From assembly GCA_022822405.1 (NCBI GenBank), contig JAJEBT010000092.1:8164-72163 (forward strand): a DNA stretch of 64,000 nt, given 5' to 3'. The DNA is from Alphaproteobacteria bacterium (GTDB lineage Bacteria > Pseudomonadota > Alphaproteobacteria > MPNO01 > UBA830). Both the position numbers and the translations under genes were made by a program. Under the pieces are notes generated by a model. It was not told the origin of the DNA. It ran no database searches and saw nothing but the letters and a program-made list of their open reading frames with translations. Positions 8,589 to 17,376 of this stretch are shown piece after piece (position 1 is the first letter of the stretch; every line of letters starts with the position of its first letter).

Positions 8589-9449
8589 ATGCAGGAATTT
8601 CTTGCCGCCAGAAGATTGGGAATCCGCTTGCGTGGGTGGCTGTTCCACCTGTTGCTCTCTTGCTGCCTTGTCATGGGTGCGGCGCCCCAAGTATTGGCGT
8701 CCTGTGCAGGGATGGTCGAGCGCCAGCGTGGGCCGTCATTCTTTCATCCCCATGTTCGCCTTGCTTCCACTGGTAACGCTGCGACGGGCCTTGCCCGAGA
8801 CCAGCTTCGCATCCGCTTCATTGGACACTCGACGTTCGAGGTCGAGAGTCCGGAAGGCGCACTCGTCCATACCGACTACAACGACTACGTGCAGGGTGCG
8901 CGGACGCCGCATATCGTGACCATGAACAACGCGCATGACACGCACTACTCGGTCTCTCCGGACAGTGCGATTCCCCATGTCTTGCGAGGTTGGGATCCGG
9001 CGGGAGGAATTGCTCGCCACGATCTCCGTTTTCGCGACATCCGGGTGCGCAATGTACCGACCAACCTCCGCGATATTGGAGGCGGGCGGCTCGCCAACGG
9101 TAATTCGATGTTCGTGATCGAGGCCGTCGGCTTGTGCGTCGTGCATATCAGCCATCTGCATCACTACCTGTCAAAGGACCAGCTGCGCGAACTCGGGATC
9201 ATCGACGTGGCGTTCGCCCCGATCGACGGTATGTGGACCATGAGCCATGACGAGCTATTCCGCGTGCTGACAGATCTCCGCGCCCGGCTTGTGATACCGA
9301 TGCATTACGGTTCGATGACAGGCGTCGAGGCCTTTGTTGCGCGGGCCAAGAAGAACTGGCCGGTGCGGTGGCATGACAGCGACACGATCACGGTGAGTCT
9401 GCGGACGGTGCCGAGAAAACCGGAAGTGCTCTTTCTGCAGGGCCGGTAG
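8589..9449 (+). CDS. MBL-fold metallo-hydrolase (Lactamase_B_3 / UlaG-like), with N-terminal signal peptide
   Basis: IRFIGHSTFEVESPEGALVHTDY is the typical N-terminal strand pattern. The hydrophobic leader is WLFHLLLSCCLVMGAAPQVLA. Confidence 0.7.
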   Translation: MQEFLAARRLGIRLRGWLFHLLLSCCLVMGAAPQVLASCAGMVERQRGPSFFHPHVRLASTGNAATGLARDQLRIRFIGHSTFEVESPEGALVHTDYNDYVQGARTPHIVTMNNAHDTHYSVSPDSAIPHVLRGWDPAGGIARHDLRFRDIRVRNVPTNLRDIGGGRLANGNSMFVIEAVGLCVVHISHLHHYLSKDQLRELGIIDVAFAPIDGMWTMSHDELFRVLTDLRARLVIPMHYGSMTGVEAFVARAKKNWPVRWHDSDTITVSLRTVPRKPEVLFLQGR

Positions 9450-9490
9450 GATCGGAGGAACTTCCGGCGCAGCGACGACGAACCGCCCGT

Positions 9491-10321
9491 TCAGGCGTTG
9501 TAGGGCGGCTTGTCGAACCCCTTGGGGGACAGCGTAAATATCTCGCAGCCGTCAGCAGTTACCGCGATCGTGTGCTCGAACTGCGCGCTCAGGGAACGGT
9601 CCCGCGTTACTGCCGTCCAGCCGTCCTTGAGAATCTTGGTTTCCGGGCGGCCGGCATTGATCATCGGTTCGATCGTGAAGAACATGCCCTCGCGGAGCTT
9701 GAGGCCTTCGCCGGGATTACCGTAGTGAAGAACGCTGGGCGCTGTGTGGAAGATCCGGCCGAGGCCGTGGCCGCAGAAATCGCGGACGACGCTGAAGCGC
9801 TGCTCCTCGACAAAATGCTGGATGGTATGACCAATGTCGCCGAGCGTTGTCCCCGGCCGAACGATTTCGATCGCCCGCATCAGCGCCTCGTGGGTGATGT
9901 CGATCAGGCGCTGCGCTCTGACGCCGATATGTCCGACTGCATACATGCGCGACGAGTCGCCGTGCCAGCCGTCGACGATCGGCGTGACGTCTATGTTGAT
10001 GATGTCGCCGTTCCGCAGGACGCGGTCTCCGGGTATGCCGTGACAGACAACATGATTGACCGAAGTGCAGATGGACTTGGGAAACCCGCGATAACCCAGT
10101 GGCGCCGGTATCGCGTTGTGGCTGGCGGTGAACTCATGACAGATGCGGTCAAGTTCGGCGGTGGTCACGCCCGGGACCACGTGCTCGGTGATCATGTCGA
10201 GGCATTCCGCGGCCAGGCGGCCGGCCTTGCGCATGGCGGCGAACTCGTCGGGCCCGTGAAGGATGATTCCCGGGGGCATGGCGTCGTCGGGTTCACGGAA
10301 TGCGGCGGGTGCTTCGTTCAT
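9491..10321 (-). CDS. map: Type I methionine aminopeptidase
   Basis: VCHGIPG, DIINIDVT, HGLGRIFH, FTIEPM and QFEHT are the metal-ligand blocks. Confidence 0.95.
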   Translation of the reverse strand: MNEAPAAFREPDDAMPPGIILHGPDEFAAMRKAGRLAAECLDMITEHVVPGVTTAELDRICHEFTASHNAIPAPLGYRGFPKSICTSVNHVVCHGIPGDRVLRNGDIINIDVTPIVDGWHGDSSRMYAVGHIGVRAQRLIDITHEALMRAIEIVRPGTTLGDIGHTIQHFVEEQRFSVVRDFCGHGLGRIFHTAPSVLHYGNPGEGLKLREGMFFTIEPMINAGRPETKILKDGWTAVTRDRSLSAQFEHTIAVTADGCEIFTLSPKGFDKPPYNA

Positions 10322-10373
10322 ATGGACCGGATATTGCTGTGATAGGTGCCAACCACGCGTCGGCCAGCGGCAT

Positions 10374-11075
10374 TCACGTTGTGAGCGGAAGCGCCTTGCC
10401 GATGGAAATCGCCTTCGGCGTCAGTATACATCCATAGCAGAGGGCTTCCACACCCCTGTCACGGGCCGTTCGCACGGCCTTCGCATAGGCAAGGTCGATA
10501 TCGCTGGCGATGCGGAAGCTGCCGCAGTCCTGGCGCTGGCATAGATAGAAGGTCACCGCGCGGTGACCCGCCTCGACCATGTCGGCCAGCTCGCCTTGGT
10601 GCTTTGCCGCACGCGCCGATACGGCATCGGGAAATTCCGCGATGCCATCCTCCCGCATGAGGTGAACGTTCTTGATCTCCACATAGCAGTCCGGTTTTTC
10701 CGGTTCCTGCAGCAGGATGTCGATCCGCGAGTTCCTGCCGTATTTCACTTCCCGCCGGATGGCGCCGTAGCCGGCCAGTTCCGGAATCCGGAAGTTCCTG
10801 ATCGCTTCCTCGACAATGCGGTTGGGATTCTGAGTATTGATTCCGACAAGATGGTCGCCTACGCGAATCATCTGCCAGCTATAGCGCAGCTTGCGCGCGG
10901 GGTTCGTGGCCGGCGACAGCCAGACCTCGGAACCGGGTTCGCAGACGCCGAGCATTGTGCCGGTATTCGGGCAATGGGCGGTCACGGTTTCGCCGCTGTC
11001 GAGCTCGACATCGGCCAGGAAGCGCTTGTAGCGTCGGATCAGGGTGCCGCGGACCAGCGGATCGGGAAAATCCAT
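10374..11075 (-). CDS. sfsA: Sugar fermentation stimulation protein SfsA (DNA/RNA nuclease SfsA family)
   Basis: The N-terminus GTLIRRYKRFLADVELDSGETVTAHCPNTG and the overall length are typical. Confidence 0.9.
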   Translation of the reverse strand: MDFPDPLVRGTLIRRYKRFLADVELDSGETVTAHCPNTGTMLGVCEPGSEVWLSPATNPARKLRYSWQMIRVGDHLVGINTQNPNRIVEEAIRNFRIPELAGYGAIRREVKYGRNSRIDILLQEPEKPDCYVEIKNVHLMREDGIAEFPDAVSARAAKHQGELADMVEAGHRAVTFYLCQRQDCGSFRIASDIDLAYAKAVRTARDRGVEALCYGCILTPKAISIGKALPLTT

Positions 11076-11156
11076 CGCCGGAACATAGCCGTGCGCTCCC
11101 GCGCTTTCAACGTTTTCCGGGCTCGGCTATACAGGTGCAGCTATTGTGGAGGACCG

Positions 11157-11960
11157 ATGTCCGGGGACAGAACCGTTACTGCATGTCTGATTCTGATCGG
11201 CAACGAGATCCTTTCCGGTCGGACACAGGACAAGAATCTGTCCTATCTGGCCGGCGGCCTCAACGAGGTTGGCGTGCAGATGCGGGAGGCCCGCGTCATT
11301 CCGGACATCAGGAAGACCATCGTGGATACGGTCAACGAATGCCGCGCAAAGTTCGACTACGTGTTCACCACGGGCGGCATCGGCCCGACGCATGACGACA
11401 TAACCTCAGAGTGTATCGCCGAGGCGTTCGGCGTCGGGATGTACCGCGATCAGGAAATCGTCGATCTCCTGCAGAGCTACATGGCAAGGCGCGGCCGGTC
11501 CGAAATGAACGAGGCGCGGCTCCGCATGGCAACCTTCCCCGAAGGCGCGGTACTGCTCAGGAACGAGGTCAGCGCGGCACCGGGCTACAAGCTCGGCAAC
11601 GTCTTCGTGATGGCGGGCGTGCCGCGCATCATGCACGCGATGTTCGAGGAGGCGAAGCGCTATCTGCAGGGCGGCGCTGTCGTACGCTCGAGAGGCATCG
11701 TCGTCGACCTTCCGGAAGGCACGATCGCGGAACCGCTGGGGGATCTTCAGGCGCGTTTTCCGGAGATCGACATCGGATCCTATCCGCAAATGCGCGAAGA
11801 GGGTTTCCGGGTCTCGGTGGTGGCGCGTGGGACCGATCCGGCGCGCCTGAACCAGGTCATCAGCGAGCTGATGCAGTCGCTGGCCGATCTCGGCGGCCAC
11901 CCCTCGGAGGAAGACCTGGCCAATGCCCAGAGCCAGTCCCATCCTGACGAGCAGCCATGA
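11157..11960 (+). CDS. Molybdopterin-binding (MoCF biosynthesis / CinA N-terminal domain-like) protein
   Basis: ACLILIGNEILSGRTQDKNL and FTTGGIGPTHDDIT are present. SD GTGGAGGA lies upstream of ATG 11157. The longer ORF call from 10563 runs antisense through sfsA. Confidence 0.85.
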   Translation: MSGDRTVTACLILIGNEILSGRTQDKNLSYLAGGLNEVGVQMREARVIPDIRKTIVDTVNECRAKFDYVFTTGGIGPTHDDITSECIAEAFGVGMYRDQEIVDLLQSYMARRGRSEMNEARLRMATFPEGAVLLRNEVSAAPGYKLGNVFVMAGVPRIMHAMFEEAKRYLQGGAVVRSRGIVVDLPEGTIAEPLGDLQARFPEIDIGSYPQMREEGFRVSVVARGTDPARLNQVISELMQSLADLGGHPSEEDLANAQSQSHPDEQP

Positions 11961-12145
11961 ATGCGGGACCGCTGATCCTTGGCGCCATGCTGGGCGCCGG
12001 TGTGCTGCTGGTGGTGATGGGGCTTCGGATGCTGGCCGACAGGAAACTCGATGACCGGGCCCGCCGACGCGGCTTCTGGCCGCTCAACGGCGGGCTGATC
12101 CTGACCGCCGTTTCCGTCTATCTGTTCATGACGTCGGGAGGCTGA
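11957..12145 (+). CDS. Small membrane protein (two predicted TM helices), function unknown
   Basis: ATGA overlap with the preceding gene. Two hydrophobic segments, LILGAMLGAGVLLVVMGL and GGLILTAVSVYLF, are present. Confidence 0.45.
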   Translation: MNAGPLILGAMLGAGVLLVVMGLRMLADRKLDDRARRRGFWPLNGGLILTAVSVYLFMTSGG

Positions 12146-12165
12146 GGCATGCGCCGCCGCCGCGG

Positions 12166-12453
12166 TCAGATACCCTCGACGACCATCATGTTGAAGTCCG
12201 CGGCTCCCTCGCGCTTGGCCTTGGCTGCCTGATACTCGGGGGAGTTGTACATCGTCTTCGCCTGTTCGACGCTGTCGAAGCGCACGACGACGACCCGGTG
12301 TGCGGTCCAGCTTCCCTCCAGAACCTCGGCCGCGCCGCCACGCGTGAGGAATTCACCGCCGTATTTCCGGATCGCGTCGGGGGCGAGTTTGCCGTATTCG
12401 CCATAGGCATCGTTGTCGAAGACTTCGGTGTTGGTGATGATGTATGCAGCCAT
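12166..12453 (-). CDS. DUF1330 domain protein
   Basis: MAAYIITNTEVFD...YGGEFLTRGG...VVVVRFDS...A..YNSPEYQ is the classic DUF1330 pattern. SD GGAGAA lies before ATG 12453. Confidence 0.8.
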   Translation of the reverse strand: MAAYIITNTEVFDNDAYGEYGKLAPDAIRKYGGEFLTRGGAAEVLEGSWTAHRVVVVRFDSVEQAKTMYNSPEYQAAKAKREGAADFNMMVVEGI

Positions 12454-12467
12454 GGCTGGTTCTCCGC

Positions 12468-12508
12468 TTGTCGCCGGACGGCGAATTTGGTGATTGTCGC
12501 CGGACGGC
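12468..12508. promoter_or_regulatory. Two perfect 15-bp direct repeats (TTGTCGCCGGACGGC) spaced 26 bp start to start, upstream of the DUF1330 gene
   Basis: Copies lie at 12468-12482 and 12494-12508. Copy 1 contains the small palindrome TCGCC-GGAC-GGCGA. They sit 15-55 nt upstream of start codon 12453 (minus strand). Confidence 0.4.
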
Positions 12509-12924
12509 AACGGCTGTGAGTCGCCTGCCGGACTGACCGGTCCCGTCTCGGTTTCGGGGTGCGAAGGAGGGCCTGAGCAGGACCTCCCAGTGTGGCGGTC
12601 ATGCTAGTACCGGCCGGGCGGGGGCGCAACCATGTCGGTGCGTGACCGCGGAGCGTGGGACAGGGCGGAGACCGCATCGGGCGCCCCGCCGGAATGCCGC
12701 CGGGGGAATGTTACCGAACAGGTCCGGCGCGGCCCGCGGCGAACAAGAATCTTCCGTTCGGCCTCGGCGCAACGGCGCGCGCCCGTTGCATGCGTCTCGG
12801 GAAAGATGCGCAATCATGCCGTAGCGCAGCTTCTTGCCATTACCGGGCGCAAAAGCCATATCATGGCATTCGGTGTGCCGCCTGGCGACAAACCCTCAAT
12901 CCGTCCGGCAGCAGGAGTAACGAC

Positions 12925-15234
12925 ATGCCCGAGTCAGCTGCAGAACCTGCCAGATCCTTTCCCGGGCGGAAACGCCGAAACAGGCTTCCGCCGGTCGGTT
13001 CCGCCATTGCCGGCAGCTTGCTTTGCGGCTGTGCCCTGATTGCGCCGTTGCCGGAACCGACCACTGTCGAAGAGCGCTTGGCCGTCTTCCCCACAACCGG
13101 CCTGTCGCTTCAGGGGCGCGTGGTCGTTCACTGGAATGAAAACCAGATTCCGTTCATCGAGGCCGACCATGACGGCGACGCCGCATTCGTTCTTGGTCTC
13201 GTGCATGCCCACCTGCGGCTCGGCCAGATGGAAATCTACCGACGCATTTCCCAGGGCCGCATCGCCGAGATGGGCGGCATGCTCGCAACCGATATTGATC
13301 ATGGTCTCCGCATCCTCGATTTCGGCCGCGCGTCGGCGAAGGTCGAGGCGATGCTCCCGCAGGAGACGAAGGAGTGGCTCACACGATTTGTTCAAGGAAT
13401 CAATCATTATCAGCAAGAAATTCATAAACTCCCTCATGAATTCGGCCTGCTGGGCCTGAAGCGCGAACCATGGACGATTCGCGATGTCCTCACCTTCGGC
13501 CGCCTGACGGGGACCGATGTCAACTGGCTGGTCTGGTTCAATCTCCTCCGCCTTCGCGACCGCGCCGACTGGCCGGCCCTGTGGGCGCGACTGGTCGAGC
13601 ACGGATCGGATTCGCTGACCAGCTTCGGCTCCGACGGTGAAGGCGGGCGCCTGAATGCGTTGCTCGGCTCGCTGAGCCGGTCCGGCAGCAACAGCCTTGC
13701 CGTGGCATCGGCCCGAAGCGCCACCGGCGCTGCGATCATGGCCAACGATCCGCATCTCGGGATCTTCCTGCCTAATACCTGGCTGCTCGCGGGGATCAAA
13801 TCTCCCTCCTACCACGCGGTCGGACTCATGGTGCCCGGGCTTCCCTTCTTTGCGATCGGCCGCAACCCCTGGATGGCCTGGGGCGGCACCAACATGCGCG
13901 CTGCGTCCAGCGATCTTTACGAGGTCGGAACTGCCGAGATCACAACCCGGCGCGAACGCATTGGCGTGCGCTGGTGGTTCGACCGCGAGATCGAGATTCG
14001 CGAAACCGAATGGGGCCCGGTCCTGAGCGACGCGCCCCAGCTGGCGGGCAAGGTGTCGCACCCATTTGCGCTGCGCTGGACCGGCCACGAGGCCAGCGAC
14101 GAGGTCACGGCCATGCTCCGGGTCAGCCGCGCGCGCAACTTCGCGGACTTCCGTGATGCATTTTCCACCTTTGCCGTGCCGGGCCAGAACATGCTCTACG
14201 CCGACACTGACGGCAATATCGGCCAGGTGATGGCGGTGAGCCTGCCGGATCGCCGGGGCCCGCTTCCCGGGGATATCGTTATCGAGAGGGGGCAGCGCGA
14301 GGCCGCATGGAGCAGAATACTGGGGGCGGACGAGCTTCCTTTCAGCTTTAATCCGGAGCAGGGTTTCTTGGTGTCGGCCAACAATCGACCTGTGCAGACC
14401 GATATCCATGTCGGTTATTTCTTCTCGCCGGACGACCGGGTGGAGCGCATGACCGAACTGCTGGGTGGCGGCCCCGTCGGAATCGACGATATCAAGGCGC
14501 TTCAGCAGGATGTCTACATGCCGTCTTCGGTGGCATTGCGCGACGCGCTGCTGGACAGGCTCGATCGGTCGGGTTTGGCCGTCGGCGCCGGCAGCGCCGG
14601 GGCGAAGGCCATCGCGGCGATGCGAGGCTGGGATGGCCACTATCGCCGCGGATCGCAGGGTGCCGTGGCCTTCGAGGCGTTTCGCGATGCGTTCGCGCGG
14701 GCATTCTACGGGGCAGCGATGGGCGAGGAGGACTGGGCTGCGTTTGCCAATATTGCCGGAATCCGGAAGCTGATGATTGCCGACACGGAGCGCGCCGGCG
14801 AGGAGGATCTCGCCCCGGCCCTGGAACTGGCGCTGTCGGCCGCTGCCCGGGCGGCCGCTGAATTCCCGGAATGGGGCGCCATGCACCGGCTTGGCCTTGC
14901 CCATCCGCTCTCCTTCGTTCCGCTGATCGGCGATCGCTACCGTTTTGCCGACGTTCCGGTCGGCGGCAGCAGTGACACGCTGATGAAGACCGCCCATGGG
15001 GCCACCGGTGAGCGCCATTTCACGCGCTATGGGTCCAACGCCCGCCACATCTCGGACATGTCCGATCCCGATCGCAACTATTTCGTGCTGCTTGGCGGCC
15101 AGGACGGTCACTTCAACAGCGCGTCCTTTCTCGACCAAGCTGAACTCTGGCTGTCCGGCGCCTATATCGAGATGCCGCTTCGCATCGAGACGGTGCGCGA
15201 ACGGTTTGCGCACCGTATCGAGCTTGGCCCGTAG
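12925..15234 (+). CDS. Penicillin acylase family (peptidase S45, Ntn-hydrolase; AHL-acylase-like) protein, probable lipoprotein or secreted
   Basis: The autoprocessing / nucleophile region is SGSNSLAVAS, followed by ANDPHLG. SD GCAGGAG lies before ATG 12925. The leader SAIAGSLLCGCALIAP is lipobox-like. Confidence 0.9.
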   Translation: MPESAAEPARSFPGRKRRNRLPPVGSAIAGSLLCGCALIAPLPEPTTVEERLAVFPTTGLSLQGRVVVHWNENQIPFIEADHDGDAAFVLGLVHAHLRLGQMEIYRRISQGRIAEMGGMLATDIDHGLRILDFGRASAKVEAMLPQETKEWLTRFVQGINHYQQEIHKLPHEFGLLGLKREPWTIRDVLTFGRLTGTDVNWLVWFNLLRLRDRADWPALWARLVEHGSDSLTSFGSDGEGGRLNALLGSLSRSGSNSLAVASARSATGAAIMANDPHLGIFLPNTWLLAGIKSPSYHAVGLMVPGLPFFAIGRNPWMAWGGTNMRAASSDLYEVGTAEITTRRERIGVRWWFDREIEIRETEWGPVLSDAPQLAGKVSHPFALRWTGHEASDEVTAMLRVSRARNFADFRDAFSTFAVPGQNMLYADTDGNIGQVMAVSLPDRRGPLPGDIVIERGQREAAWSRILGADELPFSFNPEQGFLVSANNRPVQTDIHVGYFFSPDDRVERMTELLGGGPVGIDDIKALQQDVYMPSSVALRDALLDRLDRSGLAVGAGSAGAKAIAAMRGWDGHYRRGSQGAVAFEAFRDAFARAFYGAAMGEEDWAAFANIAGIRKLMIADTERAGEEDLAPALELALSAAARAAAEFPEWGAMHRLGLAHPLSFVPLIGDRYRFADVPVGGSSDTLMKTAHGATGERHFTRYGSNARHISDMSDPDRNYFVLLGGQDGHFNSASFLDQAELWLSGAYIEMPLRIETVRERFAHRIELGP

Positions 15235-15266
15235 CTGCGGGTGTCCGCCGTGGAGCCGCGCCGGCC

Positions 15267-16850
15267 ATGATTGACGCCACCGGCCTTCTGCGGCTCTACG
15301 CGCGCCAGCGTGCAGCCCGGCTTGCTCGCCAGAACGCGGCGCGCGAGCAGGAGCGGCTGCTGCTCCGCCTCGTGAAGCAGGCGCGCGACACGCGGTTTGG
15401 GCGCGACCACGATTTCCGGGCAATCGACAGCGTAGCGGCGTTTCAGGCCCGGGTGCCGCTCCGGCGGTTCGAGGATACGTGGAGCGCTTATTGGCGGGAT
15501 CTGTTCCCAGTGCTCGACAACGTCACTTGGCCCGGCGCCGTGCCATTCTTCGCCGTGACCTCGGGCACGACCTCCGGCCGGACCAAACACATTCCGCTTA
15601 CCACGGCGATGATGGCGGCGAACAGGCGGGCGGGACTCGATCTCTACGCCCATCATGTGGCGAACCGGCCGCGGTCGCGCATTCTCGCGGGCCGGAGCTT
15701 CCTGCTTGGCGGCAGCACGGCGCTCGTCTCGCAGGCGCCGGGGGTAGCAAGCGGCGATCTCAGCGGCATCGCGGCGCGCGAGCTCCCATGGTGGGCGCGA
15801 CGGCGCTATTTTCCGCCTGACGAGATCGGCGGAATCGCAGACTGGGAAAGCAAGGTCGAGGCGATAGCCGCGTCAATCCTCGACAAGGACATCCGCGCGA
15901 TCAGCGGCACGCCTAGCTGGCTCCTGATTCTTTTCGACCACCTCGACGCGCTCAATCCCGGCGCGGGCGACTGCCTTGACACCCACTTCCCGCGGCTCGA
16001 AATGCTGGCGCATGGTGGCGTCAATTTCGCGCCCTATCGCAAGCGTTTCGCGCGGCTTCTCAAGGACAGCCGGGCGGAGACCCGGGAGGTCTATGCCGCG
16101 AGCGAAGGCTATTTCGCCAACGCCGATCGGGGAGACGGCGAGGGCATGCGGCTGATCGTCGATACCGGGCAGTTCTACGAATTCGTCACGCCTGAAGCCC
16201 TCGGGCGCGACGATCCGCCGCGCTGCTGGCTCGCCGACGTGGAGACGGGCGTGAACTACGCGATTGTCGTCAGCACGTGCGCTGGCTTGTGGGGCCATGT
16301 CATCGGCGACACAGTTATATTCACCGATCTCGATCCGCCGCGCGTTCTCGTCACCGGCCGCACGGCCTACACGCTTTCGGCGTTTGGCGAACACCTGATC
16401 GAGGAGGAAATCGCGGATGCGGTGGCCGCCGCCGCAGGCGCCGTCGGTGGCGACGTCAGCGATTATGCCGTCGCGCCGGTGTTTCCCGCGCGCCCTGGCG
16501 AGCTCGGCGGCCATGCCTACGTCCTGGAATTCGCGGGTGGGGTGCCGTCGATCGATCTTCTCGAACATTTCGCGGCTGTGCTCGACCAGGTGCTTTCGGA
16601 GGCCAACGAGGACTACGGAGCCCACCGCGCCGGCGGCTACGGTCTTGCTGCGCCGCGCGTCCACGCGGTTCCGCCCGGCACGTTTGCGAGCTGGATGAAG
16701 CGGCGCGGCCAGCTGGGCGGCCAGCACAAGGTGCCGCGTATCGTCAACGACACGAATCTGTTTCATGATCTCACGGCATTTGCCGGCATATCGCCTTCGG
16801 ACTGGTTCGCGAATCTTGAACAGTCCGGCGGTCCCTCCCGGAACGCGTAG
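15267..16850 (+). CDS. GH3 auxin-responsive-promoter family protein (acyl-acid amido synthetase fold)
   Basis: FFAVTSGTTSGRTKHIPLT (adenylation P-loop-like), YAASEGYF and the C-terminal KVPRIVN fit bacterial GH3 proteins. Confidence 0.85.
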   Translation: MIDATGLLRLYARQRAARLARQNAAREQERLLLRLVKQARDTRFGRDHDFRAIDSVAAFQARVPLRRFEDTWSAYWRDLFPVLDNVTWPGAVPFFAVTSGTTSGRTKHIPLTTAMMAANRRAGLDLYAHHVANRPRSRILAGRSFLLGGSTALVSQAPGVASGDLSGIAARELPWWARRRYFPPDEIGGIADWESKVEAIAASILDKDIRAISGTPSWLLILFDHLDALNPGAGDCLDTHFPRLEMLAHGGVNFAPYRKRFARLLKDSRAETREVYAASEGYFANADRGDGEGMRLIVDTGQFYEFVTPEALGRDDPPRCWLADVETGVNYAIVVSTCAGLWGHVIGDTVIFTDLDPPRVLVTGRTAYTLSAFGEHLIEEEIADAVAAAAGAVGGDVSDYAVAPVFPARPGELGGHAYVLEFAGGVPSIDLLEHFAAVLDQVLSEANEDYGAHRAGGYGLAAPRVHAVPPGTFASWMKRRGQLGGQHKVPRIVNDTNLFHDLTAFAGISPSDWFANLEQSGGPSRNA

Positions 16851-16858
16851 CGCCTTCC

Positions 16859-17250
16859 GTGCGACCGGAGCGAGACCGGGAGTTGATGATCGGCGCGTTC
16901 CTGACCACCGCGACCAGGTCGCACGATTCGGCCTTTTTCCGCTCGCCGGAGAAGGGCGTCTTCGCTACGCCTCGTCCTTCACCGAAGTCCCGGCCCGCAT
17001 CCAGCCCTCGGCAGACCTCATTGCCAAGCATAGGGTGTCGTTCGATATCGGACCGATCCGGCACGGGATCACATGCGGCGGGACGGTCCGGTTCTTCGGC
17101 CCTGCGGGCAACCGCGACGAGGACTTCGACAGCGGCTACATCTCTCATACCGACTGGCCGGTGCTCACCTGGGCCGAAACCGATACCGGGCGCGCGGTTT
17201 TCTGGTACGGCTCCAAGATCAGCGAGAATTTCCTGTCGGTGACGACCTGA
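16859..17250 (+). pseudogene. Truncated and frameshifted remnant of a catechol 2,3-dioxygenase-type (VOC, type I extradiol) dioxygenase
   Basis: Frame 2 gives FLTTATRSHDSAFFRSPEKG. Frame 1 continues RLRYASSFTEV...DIGPIRHGITCGGTVRFFGPAGNRDEDF...WPVLTW...GRAVFWYGSKISENFLSV. This parallels the XylE C-terminal half ([20 protein letters not shown]...IDIGPTRHG...YFFDPSGNRNEVF). There is a 1-nt frame change near 16955-16957, the N-terminal half is absent, and the His pair is replaced (RY). Confidence 0.6.
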
Positions 17251-17376
17251 TCCGTTTGGCCGACGTGCGCCGTTCGAGTATAGAGAACCCGCCGCGCATC
17301 CGTCGCGTGGAGTAGGGAGTATCGTCCGCTGAGCATTCTCGAAGTTCCAGAGCCTGTCGCTGTCGCGAACCTGACG

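Noticed and set aside
10563-11156. N-terminal extensions in the ORF track for several genes: 10563 for the CinA-like gene, 1013 for the isomerase, 12655 for the acylase, 30323 and 35842 for the Mo subunits, 34486 for the LLM, 46895 for the FAD oxidase, 47937 for tsaC and 60617 for TauD.
   Set aside because: The extensions overlap neighbouring genes or are Arg/Pro-rich. Internal ATGs with SD-like sequences or ATGA overlaps coincide with the family N-termini.
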